DNA of 64,000 nt, taken from NCBI RefSeq assembly GCF_009914755.1, contig NC_060932.1; one strand, 5' to 3'. Below the pieces are notes generated by a model. That model was not told where the DNA came from and did no database searches. It saw only the letters and a program-made list of their open reading frames with translations. Below, in pieces: positions 45,105 through 61,606 of the stretch. This stretch comes from the human T2T-CHM13v2.0 reference genome, Homo sapiens. The translations under genes and the position numbers were made by a program. Every line of letters begins with the position of its first letter. Position 1 is the stretch's first letter.

Positions 45105-46190
45105 TGCTGAGTTGTATGGTAGTTGCATGTTTTGTCTTTTAAGCAACTGCCAAATTGTATGCCAAAGTGGCTGTGGTATTAATATTTTACCTTTTTGCCA
45201 GCAGTGTATAAATTATCCAGGTTCTATGCATCCTCACTAGCATTTGGGACTGTCATTTTTTTTTTTATTTTAGTGATTCTGATAGGTATATAATGATATT
45301 AAATGTGGCTTTAATTTGCATTTTCCTAATGGGTAATGATGTTGAATATTCTCCCTGTACTTATTTGCGATCTGTATATCTTCTTTGGTGAAGTCACTTC
45401 TTCATGTCTTTTGCTTGCTTTCAATTTCAATTTTTTGAGATTTTTTACTATTGAGTTTTGAGAGTTCTTTATCTTTCCTAGATGTTAGTCCTTTGGCAGG
45501 TATGTGATTTGCAAATATTTTCTTCCAATCTGTAGCTTATCTTTTCATCTTCATAACAGAGTCACTTGCAAAGTAAAAGTTTTTAATTTTGAAAAAGTAC
45601 AATGTATCATTTTAGAGGTCATACTTTTAGTGTCAAATCTAAGAACACTTTTCATAGCCATAGTTCCTGAAGATTTTCTCCAATTTTTTTCTAAAAGTTT
45701 TAGTTTCATGTTTCAAGTTCATAATCCATTATGAATTGACTTTTGCATAAAGTATGAGACTTAAAGGTTTGTTTTTGTTTTATTTATTTATTTATTGCCT
45801 GTGGATGTCCAATTGCTCCCAGCACCATTTGTTGAAAAGGCTACTTTTCTCCATCAGATAGCCTTTGCATCCTTGTAAAAAATGATTTGAGAATATACGT
45901 AGGAGTGTGTTTCTATGTTGCTTATTCTGTTCCTTGGATCTATGTGTCTATCTCTCTGCCAATAGCACACAATCTTGGTTACTGTAGCTACAGAGTAAGT
46001 CTTGAAATCAAATAGACCACTTTGTCCTACTTCATTCTTCTTTTTCAAAACTGTTTCAGCTATTCTAATTTCTTCCTGTGCCTTTCCGTATAATTTTAGA
46101 ATAATCTTGACTTTATCTTCAAAATAACTTGCTGAAATTTTAATAGGAATTGTGTTAAATCTGCTTATCAATTTGGAGAGAATTGACACT
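45105..46190 (-). mobile_element. L1M ORF2/3' fragment
   Basis: ORF 45854-46189 'ILSKLISRFNTIPIKI...VCYWQRDRHID' is a degenerate L1 ORF2. Confidence 0.8.
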
Positions 46191-47533
46191 TATAGCAAAC
46201 CAGAAATAGAAGGCACCTTCCTGAATCTAATCAACAATAACTATGAAAAGCCTATGGCAAATATTATACTTAATAGTGATAGATTGAAAGACTTCCTCAT
46301 AAGATAGAAACACGTAAATATGCTTGTGAATATCTCTTCCATTCCACCACATGTTCAAAGTCCTACCCAGTACCAAAATGCAAGATAGAAAAACAAAAGG
46401 CATAAGGATTGGAAAGGAAGAAATAAAACTGTCAAGATTCACAAGTAATATGTTTTGTAAAAAATCCAAATGAATCTATAAATAAATGATAAAAAGGAAT
46501 TGTTTTTTCTAAGTAATTTAGAAAGACCCATTACAAAAGTCAACTCTAGTCCCATTAAAAAAGAGGGAAAAAAAGTAAAAATGTTTAGGGATACTTTTTA
46601 AATTGCTTTGAAAAAAACTGAATACTTAGGAATAAATCTAACAAGAGATGTAGAAGTACTCTCTGTACAGAAAGCAAGAAAATATTATTGAGAAAAATTC
46701 CAGAAAACCTAAAGAAATTAAGAGACATGCCTTATTTCTGAATTTAAAGGTTCAGTTGTAAGGATGTCACTTCTCCCCAAATTGGTCTATAGCTCTAATG
46801 CAATCCCAATAAAACTTCCAGAAGATATTTTGAGGTAACTGACCAGATGATTTTGAAAATCTTGTGTCAATTCAAAGGGCCAAGATTAGCCAGGACACTT
46901 TTAAAAAACAAAAGCAAGGTCGGACGATTGGTCTACCCGATCTCAAGACGTTTGATAAAGCTAAAGTAGTTAAGATGGCATTAGTGCAAGAAGAGACAGA
47001 CTAATAAAACAATGCAGAGTCAAGGACCAGATCCACACTTACCCACTTGATTTATGATCACGGTGACACTGCAGCAGAGTGGGGAGTGCGTGGACTCTTC
47101 AGTCACTGGTGCCATGAATATGGTTCTATATCTACTGGGTCTAATGGGTATCCATAGAGAACCAAAAGTCAACCTGAAGTTCTGTCTCACACCATACTCA
47201 CATCAATTCCAGGTAGATTGCAAGTCTAAATCTGAAAGGTGAAACAACAAAGTATTTAATAGACAACAGAAATCATCTATATGATTGAGGATAAATGAAG
47301 ATTTCTCAAACAAGCCACAACAAGCCCTAACCACAAAGGGAAAGTGATAAATTAGACTTCGTTAAACTTAAGAATTTCTGCTAATCAAAAGGTTTCACTG
47401 AGAGTAAAAAGTCAATCTGTGCAGTAAGAGAAGACATTTGTAATACATATATCTAACGATGATCTTACATTTAGAATATCTAAATAGTTCCTAAAAATGA
47501 TAAGAAAAACATAGATAACTCAATAAAAAAGTA

Positions 47534-48615
<1,082 letters not shown>

Positions 48616-49578
48616 GAAAAAAGCATATCCCAAAATGGTTCACAAATGTATGAAAAAGTGTTCCACTGTATCAGGGATATAAAAAATTAAAAACACAATG
48701 CAATATCCATACATCTCTCCCCACCCCCGAATGACTAAAATGAAAAAGAAAGGAAAACATGAAGTGTTAGCAAGAATGTGAAACCACTGGAACTCTCAAA
48801 CTCTGCTGATGGGAATGTAAATTCACACAACAACGCTGGAAATCAGCGTGCCTGTGTCTACTAATGCTCTATATACACACACATTCCCTATGTCCCAGCA
48901 ATTCTACACACTGATATATACCCATATAAATGCATGTGTGTATTAAAAGACATGTGCAAAGATGGTCATAGCATTATTATTCATAATGACCCCAAACTAG
49001 GAAACTCAAATGCCCATTTAAAGGCAAATGAATTTTGATATATTCTTACAATGCAATATTATCTGACAATAAAATAAAAGTATATTATATTGAGCAAGAG
49101 AAGCCATACACAAACTGGTACATACTGTACGATTCCATTTATGTGACTCTCAAAAACAGGCAAAACTAATTCATGATGTTAAGTCCCAAAATGGTGGTTT
49201 ATCTTTGGAGGCAGGGGCAGAAGACAAACTTTTGCAATGTTGGAAATACTCTATATATCTTGATCTGGATGGTGGTTGCATGTGATATATGTATGTAAAA
49301 ATGTATTAAGCACCAAGAAATCATTGATAAGCTGGACTTTATTAAAATTAAAAATTTCTGTTCTGTGAAAGACAATGTCAAGAGAATGAGAAGACAAGCC
49401 ATACACTCAGAGAAAATATTGGCTAAAGGATCTTTGATAAAGAACTGTTATTCAAAATGTACAATGAACTCTTAAAACTCACCAATTTGAAAACACAATT
49501 CAATTTAAAAATGGGCAAAAAACCTGAATGACATTACATCAAAAATATACACAACAAAATGTATACTTAGGGAACTGA

Positions 49579-49896
<318 letters not shown>

Positions 49897-50953
49897 TGAA
49901 AATGAAAGCAACAATGAGGTACCACTACACCCCTATTAGCATGGCCAAAACCCAGCACAGTGGTAACACCAAATGCTGGCAAGAATGTAGAACAACAGGA
50001 CCTCTCATTCATTGCTGGTAGGAATGCAAAATGGTACAACCACTTTGGAAAAGAGTTTGGCAATTTCTTAGAAAACTAAACATACTCTTATACCACCCAG
50101 CAATCACCCAGCAATTATGTGCATTGGTATTTACCCAAGTGATTCGAAAACTTATGTCCACACAAAAACCTGCACACAGATGTTTATAGCAGCTTTATTC
50201 ATAATTACCCAAACTCAGAAACACCCAAGATGTCACTTCAGTAGGTGAATGGATAAACAGTGGTGCATCCAGACAAGGGAATAATATTCAACATTAAAAG
50301 AAAGTGAGTTATCAAGCCATGAAAAGACATGGAGGGACCTTCAATGCATATTACTAAGTGAAAGAATCCAATCGAAAAGGGCTAAATAATGTAGGATTCC
50401 ACCTATATAACATCTGGAAGAGGCAAAAACATGCAGAGGATGTTAGGGCAGTGAAACTCCTCTATGTGATACTGTAGTGGTGGATACAGGTCATAATACA
50501 TTTGTCAAAACCCATTCATCAAGAGTAAAGCTAATGTAAACTATGGATTTTGAGTGATAATGGTGAGTCAATGTAGGTTCATGAGTTGTAAAAAATATAC
50601 CACTCTGGTGCCTGGTGCTGGTTTTAGGGGAGATTGTGCATGTGGGAAGGCAAGGGGTATATGGGAATTCTCTATACTTTCCACTTTATATTGCTGTGAA
50701 CCTAAAATTGCTTTAAAAAAATAAGGTCTATTAAAGTGACAAAAAAATTAAGCTCCAAAAAACATTTAACAAAACTCTGCCCGTAAGATTTGTGCACTCT
50801 TGTGCATTGTATCACAATGGAAATTTAACAAAGAAGTAAAAACCACAGTGAGATCCTACCACCCACTCACTTGATTGGCTAAAACCAAAGTCTCTAGCAA
50901 TACATAATATTGGCAAAGACATGGAGCCCTGATGTCCCACTTATGAAGAATTG

Positions 50954-51648
50954 GTGTTTTGTTTGTTTGTTTGTTTGTTTTTTGGAGATGGAGGTCTCAC
51001 CATGTTGCTCAGGTGGATTGCAGTGACTATTTATAGGTAAAATCCCACTATATTAGTTTGTTTTCAGACTACTACAAAGACATACCCCAAACAGAGTAAT
51101 TTATAAAGAAAAGAGGTTTAATTGACTTATAGTTCCTCATGGCTGGGGAGGCCTCAGGAAATTTACAATCACGGCGAAGGCAAAAGAGAAGCAAATACCT
51201 TCTTCACTAGGCAGCAGGAGAGAGCAGGAGATTGAAGGACTGCCAAACACTTATGAAACCATTAGATCTCATGAGAACTCACTACCACGAGAATAGCAGG
51301 AGGAAGCCACCCTCATGATCCAATCACTTCCTACCATGTCCCTCCCTTGACAAGTGGGGATTACATTTCGAGATGAGATTTGGGTGCAGACACAGAACCA
51401 AACAATATCACTCACTGTTGATCAGCATGGGAGTTTTGATCTGCTCTGTTTTCAACTTGGGCTGGTCCACCCACTTTAGGCAACCTGTTGGTCCCTCATT
51501 CCCGGAAGGTCACCATATTGGTGCCAAACTTAGTGTGGACACCCTATCGGCATAGTACACTGTAGCCCTGAATTCCCGGACTCAAGCAATCCTCATGCCT
51601 CAGCTTCCCAAGTAGCTGAGACTACAGGCAGGCACCTCCACACATGGC
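50954..51648 (-). pseudogene. 7SL (SRP RNA) retropseudogene interrupted by a THE1/MST LTR
   Basis: Contains the S-domain absent from Alus (gatcagcatgggagttttga...ggtcaccatattggtgccaaacttagtgtggacacc). The tail is degraded to (GTTT)n, and TSD TGAAGAA(T/C)TG lies at 50944-50953 and 51649-51658. Confidence 0.9.
51049..51410 (-). mobile_element. THE1D/MSTA-like MaLR solo LTR
   Basis: 'aagaggtttaattgact...ggctggggaggcctcaggaaa...gagatttgggtg...aatatca'; 5-bp TSD cccac/ctcac. Confidence 0.85.
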
Positions 51649-52504
51649 TGAAGAACTGTTAAGTAGGATATACTAAAGCTGAACTTATGCTACTACCCAG
51701 CATATGCTACAGACCCTAGCTCTATACCCAGCAGAAATGCAAGTGTATTCACCAAAAGATGAGTAAAAGAAGGCTCATAGCACTCCTATTCATAACAGCC
51801 CCAAACTGGGAAGAACTCAAATGTCCATCAAAGTTAAAATGCATTTTCTAAAATGTTGGTTTCATCATATCCTGGAATACTATACAGCAGTAAAAATGAG
51901 CAAACTATGACTGAACAGATCACATGAATGGATCTCACAAATATAATGTTGAGCAAAAGAAGCCACATACCAAAAAAGGTCTATAATTTATCTATAATTC
52001 CAAAATAACAAAATTTACCTATAGTGACAGAAGTGAGGATAGTAGTTATCTCTGAGGCAGGGTTGGTAATGATGAGGCGGGGCATTAGAGTGCTGGGAGC
52101 TGACATATTCTGTATTCTTGATCCTGGGTAGCGGTTACACAGATGCAGGTATCTATAAAGGTGCATTGATCTGTACACATAAGATGGACATATTATATGA
52201 GGTTTTACTTTAATAAAATTGTGGAAGAATATTGGGATCTAGTAAAATTCCATATGCATTTGCCCTCACTGGAGTCAATAACAGCGTCTGGCACACAGGT
52301 GAATACAATGAAGAAAGGGAAACAAGATTTTAAATGTGCATTCATATTTTTAAGTAAAAAGGGGAAAAATAAAATCAGTGTTTTAAAATTTCTATTGCAG
52401 ATAAGAGAGGTACAGGTGTTATATTTTTTAAAATCATGAGGTCATTCTCAGTTCCTTAATATTTGCTGTGAAAAGTAATAGCAAAACAGAAGCATTTACT
52501 AAAG

Positions 52505-52835
52505 TAGATAGTCTCAGATTTACTATGGATCAACTTACCATTTTGGAAGCTGTACTTCGAGTACCCATAAGCCGTTATGTTTTTCACTTTTCATACAGTG
52601 TTCAATACATTACATGAGATTGTCAACATTTTAGTATAACATAGGCTTTGTGTTAGATGATTTTGTCCAACTGTACACCAATGTAAGTGTTCTGAGCATG
52701 TTTAAGGTGGACTGAGCTAGGATATTTGGTACATTAGGTATATTCAATGCATTTTTTATTTAATATTTACACAATATTCCCACCTTACGATACGTTTATC
52801 GGAAGGTAATCCCATCGTAAGTCAAAGAACAGATG
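52505..52835 (-). mobile_element. TcMar-Tigger family DNA transposon (MER6-like)
   Basis: 'gctttgtgttagatgattttgtccaactgt...cccatcgtaagtca' with degenerate TIRs. Confidence 0.55.
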
Positions 52836-53384
52836 TTAAAATATAAAATAAAGAATACGGTTGGCACAAAGGAGTCTTCCCAGGAAATTGTAAACTGTCT
52901 GACCTGAACAGAAGCATTGGAAAGAGTTTCCACATAATTATATGAACAACCTCATGGCCAAAATTTGATATTCACAGGGATAATTTTTGAGTCTTTTATT
53001 AAAAGATTCTTGAAATTTTTTCACTTCCTAAATACTTTTGATTCCTAAAAATCATTTCTCCCCCTCACACAGACTCCCATCTGTTTCAAGACCGAATAAA
53101 TATGTCAGCACAGCAGTTCGTTTTCAGAATTTGGTGAACATTACAAAATTAGTTTCAACGCATATGGCAGATATTTAGCAAATGTTTGGGGGTTTTTCCC
53201 TCCAAAAACAATTATATGCCAACAAGGAAACTAGAAATTTTCAAACTGCTCCAGTATAATGTTCTTCCTATTTGACAGAATGGAAATCCTGATTTTAGCC
53301 ATTAGACAAGTATGTTCCTCACCAAAACCACCAAATAATTTTGTTTTAATATGGATGTGCTGAATAATTTTAAGGAAAGTCATT

Positions 53385-53672
53385 TTCATTTTCATTTTTA
53401 TTTTTTTGAGACGGGCTCTCGCTTTGTCACCCAGGCTAGAGTGTAGTGGCACAATCTTGGCTCACTGCATCCTCGACTTCCCGGGCTCAAGCGATCATCC
53501 TACCTCAGCCTCCTGAGTAACTGGGACTACAGGTGCGCATATCACCATGCTCAGCTAATTTTTGTATTTTTAGTAGAGATGGGGTTTTCCCATGTTCCCC
53601 AGGATGGTCTTGAACTCCTGGACTCAAGTGATCTGCCCACCATGGCCTCCCAAAGGGCTGGGATTACAAGCA
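53385..53672 (-). mobile_element. AluJ with TSD AGGAAAGTCATTT
   Basis: Reverse Alu with a flanking direct repeat. Confidence 0.88.
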
Positions 53673-54511
53673 GGAAAGTCATTTTTAAATGAAGGTATTT
53701 TGACAACTGTTTATTTAAAGGGAAGAAGAAAATGGAACTATCAGGTGATCTTGCATTAGAACCTTAACATCCCGCTGGTAAAGAGGGAATGCTGTGATGT
53801 CCGCCTCTAACGAGCAAAACTGGGCAAGCCAAAACAGTGGCGGGGAGAGGAGGTTTTGTGGGAATGATCAGTTGTGAATTCACAGCAGTTTGCTTTGTTA
53901 TCATGTTTAATAATTTACATGTTACGGCTGTTTCTTCATATGTTCCCAATGTTCTATACTTTTTATTGAAAATAATTCAGTATGGGCAGAATTACCTGAT
54001 TAAAATCACAGTTTGCAGGGTGGGGAGGAAGCAGTCTGTGAAGCTGGACTCACATCGTCTCTTGCAGATGAGGAAATGAAAAGTCAAGACAAGAAGTGAT
54101 TCTGTTAAGATTACACAATTTGGGGCAAAATGACAGCCAGAGTAATTTCTCTCCCAGGTGCAAAGCTTTCCCCCCTAATCAAACCTCCCTCTAAAATCAG
54201 ATTTACACACTTTTATACTTGTTTGGGAGAAATACAGATTTTCAGTGCGCCCAATAGGCTCACGTTCAGAGATGCCAGTGTCATCAGAGAAAGAAGGAAG
54301 ATAACATTCTTGGTATTTGCTGGGCTTCGAGTCTACTTGTGGGCTCCATGGGTCATGATTCATGGAAAACTGAACTTAGAGATCCAGGAATAAGACAAAT
54401 GCTGGCTGCAGGCTTTAGTGGTACTGACAGCTGAGAGCTGCCTAGAAGAAAAAGCCAACAGCACAAAGTTCTAGATACATAAGTGAGTGCTTATAAACAG
54501 CATCTGCACTT

Positions 54512-57270
54512 CTAATTTTTAATTTTTGTGTGTGTATGTGAATGTTTAACATGAAAGAATTTTCTTAAGTTCAAGGGTACATGTGCAGGTTTACTATACA
54601 GGTAAACTACTCATGTCATGGGAGTTTGTTGTACAGATTATTTCAGCACCCAGATATTAAGCCTAGTACCTACCAGTTATTTTTCCTGATCCTCTCCCTC
54701 CTTCTACCCTCCACCGTCCAAAAGGCCCCAGTGTGTGTTGTTCCCCTCTGTGTGTCCACGTGTTCTCATCTTTTAGCTCCCACTTATAAGCGAGAACATG
54801 CAGTATTTGGTTTCCTGTTTCTGTGTTAGTTTGTTAAGTATACTGGCCTCCAGCTCCATCCGTGTTCCTGCAAAGAACGTGGTCTTGTTCTTCTTATGGC
54901 ACCATAGCATTCCATTGTGTATATGTACCACATTTTCTTTATTCAATCTGTCATTGATGGGCATTTAGGCTGATTCCATGTCTTTGCTATTGTGAATAGT
55001 GCTGCAATGAATATACACATGCCTGTGTCTTTATGATAGAACGTTTTCTATTCCTTTGGGTATATATGCAGTAGTGGGATTGTAAATGGTAGTTCTGTTT
55101 TTAGGTTTTTCAGGAATCACCACACTGCTTTCCATGATGGTTGAACTAATTTACACTCCCACCGACAATGTATAAGGCTTCTTTTTTCTCCACAACCTCA
55201 CCAGCATCTATTGTTTTTTTAATTTTAGTAATAGCCATTCTGATTGTTGTGAGATGGTATCTCATTGTCGTTTTAATTTGCATTTCTCTAATGATCAATG
55301 ATGTTGAGCTTTTTTCATATGATTTGCCACATGTATACCTTCTTTTGAAAAGTGTCTGTTCATGTCTTTTGCCCACTTTTTAACGGAGTTGTGTTTTTCT
55401 TGTAAATTTAAGTTACTTATAGACGTTGGATATTAGACCTTTGTCATGTGCACAGTTTGCAAAAACTTCTCCCATTATGTAGGTTGTCTGTTTACTTTGT
55501 GGATCATTTCTTTTGCTGTGCAGAAGCTCTTTAGTTTATTTAGATCCCATTTGTCAATGATTGCTTTTGTTGCAATTGCTTTTGGCATCTTCGTCATGAA
55601 ATCTGCCTGTTCCTGTGTCTCCAGAATGGTATTGCCTAGGTTGTCTTCCAGGTTTTTTATAGTTTTGGGTTTTAAAGTCTTTCATCCATCTTGTGTTAAT
55701 TTTCATATATGGTGTAAGCAAGGGGTCCAGTTTCAATCTTGTGCATGTGACTGGCCAGTTATGTCAGCACCATTTATTGAATAGGGAGTCATTTCCCATT
55801 GCTTGTTTTTGTCAGCTTCATCAAAGATCAGATAGTTGTAGGTGTGTGGCCTTATTTTGGGGCTCTCTATTGTGTTCCATGGTCTGTGTGTCTGTTTTTG
55901 TACTAGTACCATGCTGTTTTGGTTACTGTGGTATAGTTTGAAGCTAGCGTGATGCCTCCAGTTTTGTTCTTTTTGCTTAGGATTGCGTTGGCTATCGGGA
56001 CTCCTTTTTGGTTCCACATGAATTTTAAAATAGTTTTTTCTATTTCTGTGAAGTATGTCATTGCTAGTTTGATGGGAATATCATTGAATCTATCAATTGC
56101 TTTGGGCAGTATGGCCATTTTCATGATATTGAGTCTTCCTATCCATGCACACGGAATGTTTTTCCATTTGTTTGTGTCATCTCTGATTTCTTTGAGCACT
56201 GTTTTGTACTTCTCTTTGTAGAGATCTTTCACCTTCCTGGTTAGCTGTATTCCTAGGTATTCTTTTTGTGGCAATTGTGAACGGGATTGCATTTCTGATT
56301 TGGTTCTTGGCTTCACTATTGTTGGTGTACAAGAATGCTGGTCATTTTTGTACATTGATTTTGTAGGCTGAGACTTTGCTGAAGTTGTTTATCAGTTTAA
56401 GGGGCTTTTGGGTAGAGACTGTAGAGTTTTCAAGGTATAGGATTATGTCATCTGCAAACAGGGATAGTTTAACTTCCTCTCTTCCTATTCGGATGTGCTT
56501 TATTTTTTTTCTCTTGCCTGATTGCCCTGGTCAGGACATCCAATACTATGTAAAGTAGGAGTGGTGAGAGATGGCATCCTTATCTTATGCCAGTTTTCAA
56601 CGGGAATGCTTCCAGCTTTTGCCCATTCAGTATGATGTTGGCTGTGGGTTTGTCATAGATGGCTTCTATTTTGAGGTATGTTCCTTCAATACCTAGTTGA
56701 TTGAAAGTTTTTAACATAGTGTTGAATTTTACTGAAAGCCTTTTCTTAATCTGTTGAAATAATCATGTGGTTTTTGTCTTTAGATCCATTTATGTGGTGA
56801 GTCACATTCATTGATTTGCATATGTTGAACCAACCTTGCATCCCAGGGATAAAGCCTACTTGATCATGGTGGATTAGCTTTTTGATGTGTTGCTCGATTC
56901 AGTTTGCCAATATTCTGTTGAGGATTTTTGCATCAATGTTCATCAGGGATATTAGTCTGAAGCTTTCTTTTTTTATGTGTGTCTCTGCCACGTTTTGGTA
57001 TCAGGATGATGCTGGCCTCATAGAATGAGTTGGGAGGAGTTTGGAACACTTTCAGTAGGAATGGTACCAGCTCTTCTTTGTATACCTGGCAGAATTTGGC
57101 TGTGAGTCTTTCTGATCTTGAGATTCTTTGGTTGGTATGCTATTTATTAATGCCTAAATTTTGAAGCTCATTAATAGTCTGTTCAGGGATTCAATTTCTT
57201 TGTGGCTTAGTCTTGGGAGGGTGTGTGTGTCCAGGGATTTATCTATTTCTTCCGGATGTTCTAGTTTATG
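54512..57270 (-). mobile_element. 5'-truncated L1PA13-16-like element (~2.75 kb)
   Basis: Minus-strand ORFs match ORF2 ([16 protein letters not shown]...[11 protein letters not shown]); TSD AGCA(T/C)CTGCACTT at 54499 and 57271. Confidence 0.88.
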
Positions 57271-57649
57271 AGCACCTGCACTTTTAAAATTATGCTGGGA
57301 ACATAGGCTTCCATCACTTTTCCATCTTTCACTAGCATCCTACATGTTTAGTCGTCATCAGTTCAACACACTTTATGATTTTCTGCCAAGATTGACAAAT
57401 ACTTTGCTGTGCTATTATCTTGATAATGGTAGATTATTCTTTCACATAGTGAACGTTTCAACATAAAAAAATTCAAAAGGATTACTTTGTCTTATTAATT
57501 TGGAATGGAACATAAACTATGAGTATCAGTAATTTAAACCGTGGCAATAATGAAGTAAGTACCCAGAAATTGATAGGTCGGTCCACTTCTAAATCAGCTG
57601 CTCCCAATTGAAAACAAGAAATGTTTATCCCACGTAGCTCTTTTCATAA

Positions 57650-57850
<201 letters not shown>

Positions 57851-58325
57851 TAGCCAATAAAGGCTTACAGCTTACATTTGCGATGAAGTTATTTGTAGCA
57901 TTGTTTGCAATAGTGAAAGAGGGATGAGTCTAATTGTCCAAAATGAGGGAATCAGTTAACTATGCTTTTGTGCATCTGTACAATAAAAAGTGATGCAGCT
58001 TTTAAAATGAATGAGGTAGATCCCAAAAAACTGATGTTGAAAAGTCTCCTAGGTTGTCAAGTGAAAAAGGAATGTACATAATATTCATGCTTTAGAAAAA
58101 TAAGGGAAATACACACACATACACACACACACACATAAATAGGTATATATGTAGCTGAATGTGCAAATCTGCACCCAGTCATGGTTGCCTCTGGAGAGGG
58201 CAGCTGAAGGACAGACACACTTTTCACTGTATTTACCCATTTGTGCTGCCTGAATTTTACCATGTAAAATTCTTACATTTAAAAAAATTAAATAAAAACT
58301 TAAAAAGAAAGTAGGTAGATACTTA

Positions 58326-58778
<453 letters not shown>

Positions 58779-59899
58779 TTAACAAAATATTCTAGAAACA
58801 ACAAGTCTTTCTTCCTTTTATAACTCAGAAGACGGTGGTGTGATCAAGAGAGTGGGGAGCCCTGCCCCGCCTACCTACTCACGGTCCCTTCCAGCCCTCT
58901 GCAGCAGCCTCCAGTGCTGCAGCTCCACTAATGGGACACGAAAGCATCGCCTAACATTTTATGGAACAAAAAGGATGGATCGCATCCTAGGAACCACACA
59001 GGACCTAACCCCCCATGGGACAATCTGCTCTTCCCAACCGTTGTCTCCTGGCAGCTCATATCCCATCTCCTCTTTTCTCCCATGAGGCCTGGCACTTTGC
59101 TGCCAACCTTAGCAACTCCTTTAGTGCCCACCACATCTGCTAACGCCCCCCTCCCCAGCCATGCGAAAGGAAGGTGTGAGCCCTGCAGTGACCATCTACT
59201 GCTGAGCTTTCCTGGGATCGTTTCAGCCCTCCAGGTAGCAGTCTGAGCAGGGCGGGGACTGCCCTGGCACACTAGTGGTTGCAAATGCAACCACATCTCA
59301 CCCTCTGCTAAGACTCACATTTTCTTCCAGATTTTTACGTATTTGAAATCAGGATTATCCTACAACTTCTTTTGTACAGGTTGTGATTGTAATAGTGCTA
59401 GCATTGCCTATTGGTGACATAGGCACCTTCCAAACACAGCACTGAACCCTGCGCAGTGGGTGTCAGAGGCCAGGAGAAACATTCAGCCATCATTGTAACT
59501 CCTAGGAACCAAAGAGTTTAAGGTTTTGGGCAAACCAAATAGAGTTAGCACATTCCTAAAGCAGGTGTCAAAAGTAGGCGAGATTGGCGTAACTATAAAG
59601 CTGGTTTACAGTGCCAGTGACTTTTAGGTTTTATGAATTCTTTTAAGGAGTGCTCTGACATAAAACTCATACTGGCACAGAGAACAACACTGGGTGGAAA
59701 AACCAGAGACACCAACCACTGAGTCAAAAAGTGATTCAGAAAAGCAAAACCCGAAGTTTCAGGAAAACAAACAAACATACATTTCTAGATCCGTTTCTAC
59801 AGATGCGCAAGTGATAACATCTGCATCTAGCAAAGTCTCAAAGAGCTCCTCAATGGGATACAAAGTAAAAAGTCCAAACAACAAGAAAGCGTTCTGTTT

Positions 59900-60193
59900 C
59901 TTTTTTCTTTTGTTTTTTTCAGAGATAGGGTCTGGCTCTGTTGCCCAGGGTGGAGTGCAATGCTCTGATCATAGTCACTTCAGCCTCTGCCTCCTGGGCT
60001 GAAGTTATCCTCCCACCTCAGCCTCCCAACTAGCTGGGACTACAGGCTCACACCATGACACCCAGCCAATTTTTGTAGAGACAGGGTCTCCCTGTGTTGC
60101 CCAGGCTGGTCTTGAACTCCTGGACTCAAGCGATCCTCCTCCCTCAGCCTCTCAAAGTGCTGGGATTACAGGCATCAGCCACTGCACTTGGCC
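59900..60193 (-). mobile_element. AluJ
   Basis: Diverged reverse Alu. Confidence 0.85.
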
Positions 60194-61542
60194 ATTGTGT
60201 CTATTTAAATGCAAGTTTTCTTCCTTTCTTAGAACATAAAAATAATAGTGTGTATTACAAATAACAGCATATTTTAATAACATATTTTTAATGATATATT
60301 TTCTAGGTGCCTTGAATATTAAAAAATTGGGAAAGTACAACCTTGGAGGCAGCTACTTGTTCTGGTTCATTCTTTCATACTACAACTTAAATTACAAATT
60401 ATATTTAAACTTCTTACAGCAATGTAGGTACAGAAGAATTGTACTTACAGTGTAAAGAAAGAACTGGGCAAAATAATTTTTAAATTTTTGACCTTTTAAC
60501 AAAAGAGAAAAGCTTTTCTTAAGGACTTCAGACAAATGGATCAATAGACAAGGTATCACATATACTCCCAAAATAAGGCAGAGTTATCTCCCGAAACTAT
60601 CCCCTTAGGGATGCTCACCTTATATTTGAAACATTACACTCTTTCAGGATATACTAAATGCTGTCAGTAACCTGAAAAGAATACAAGTTATTGTTCTGTG
60701 GAAACATTATTAGCCTCAAACAACCTTAAGCAATGCTAATATTGTGGCTGGTAGGATAAGTTGTAAAGGAGGCACATTAACAGTCACGGTCTCTAGGATT
60801 ATAAAGCTACAGTTACAAGTATTTGGTGTCACTGGAAAGAAGCCTGTTAAAAATCGAAAGCAATGCTCTGTGGATTCTGAAAAGCAGCTGCCCTAGTGCT
60901 ACCTACACACAGGCATACTTGTGGCTTGGGATAAATGTCCACCAACAGCATCATACATAGACCCCGAAACTGCTGCATCCCAAACAACTTAGAAAGAAAA
61001 AAGATCATCTGCTCTTAACCTATTAGGGGATGCCAAAGGGGGCACCAAGATCAAATACGAAGTCGGAGTGACATGCCTGAAATGCGAATGTGAAGAGGGA
61101 AAGCCCACATGCTGGTTAATAGATTAACAAATCTGAAACACCTGTAACTAATAGTACAGGTGTCTATTTTATCCTCTCATCTACAATCCTAAACTTTATA
61201 TATGTAAGTTGGCTAAAAAAAAGTTTTCTGGGATCTTCACATTGGAAGGTAAGGGGTGGCCTGTTTAGCTACCTTATAGACAAACATACTAAAGCTATAA
61301 AAACAGTGCCATGAAATAATTTTTTTTAAAGTGACTACCCTAAAAAAAAATCATTAAAAAACAAGATTCCTTTCTCACCGGTGATTTTTGGAAGCAATTC
61401 ACTGATTTAGAGGCAGTTATCATCCGGTTATGTGAGATCTAGGATTCATTCACTCACGGCTCTTGTATTAGAATGTTAAGATTCTCCAGCAAAAAATGAA
61501 GTTTATATTCTTCAAACCTTTTAGAAAAATAAAACTTTCAAC

Positions 61543-61606
61543 TGATCCTGTTGCCTCAGCCTCCCAAAAGTGCTGGGATTACAAGTATGAGTCATTGCAC
61601 CCAGCC
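61543..61606 (-). mobile_element. Isolated Alu 5'-end fragment flanked by an 18/19-bp direct repeat
   Basis: First ~64 nt of Alu in reverse; AAAAATAAAACTTT(T)CAAC on both sides. Confidence 0.8.
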
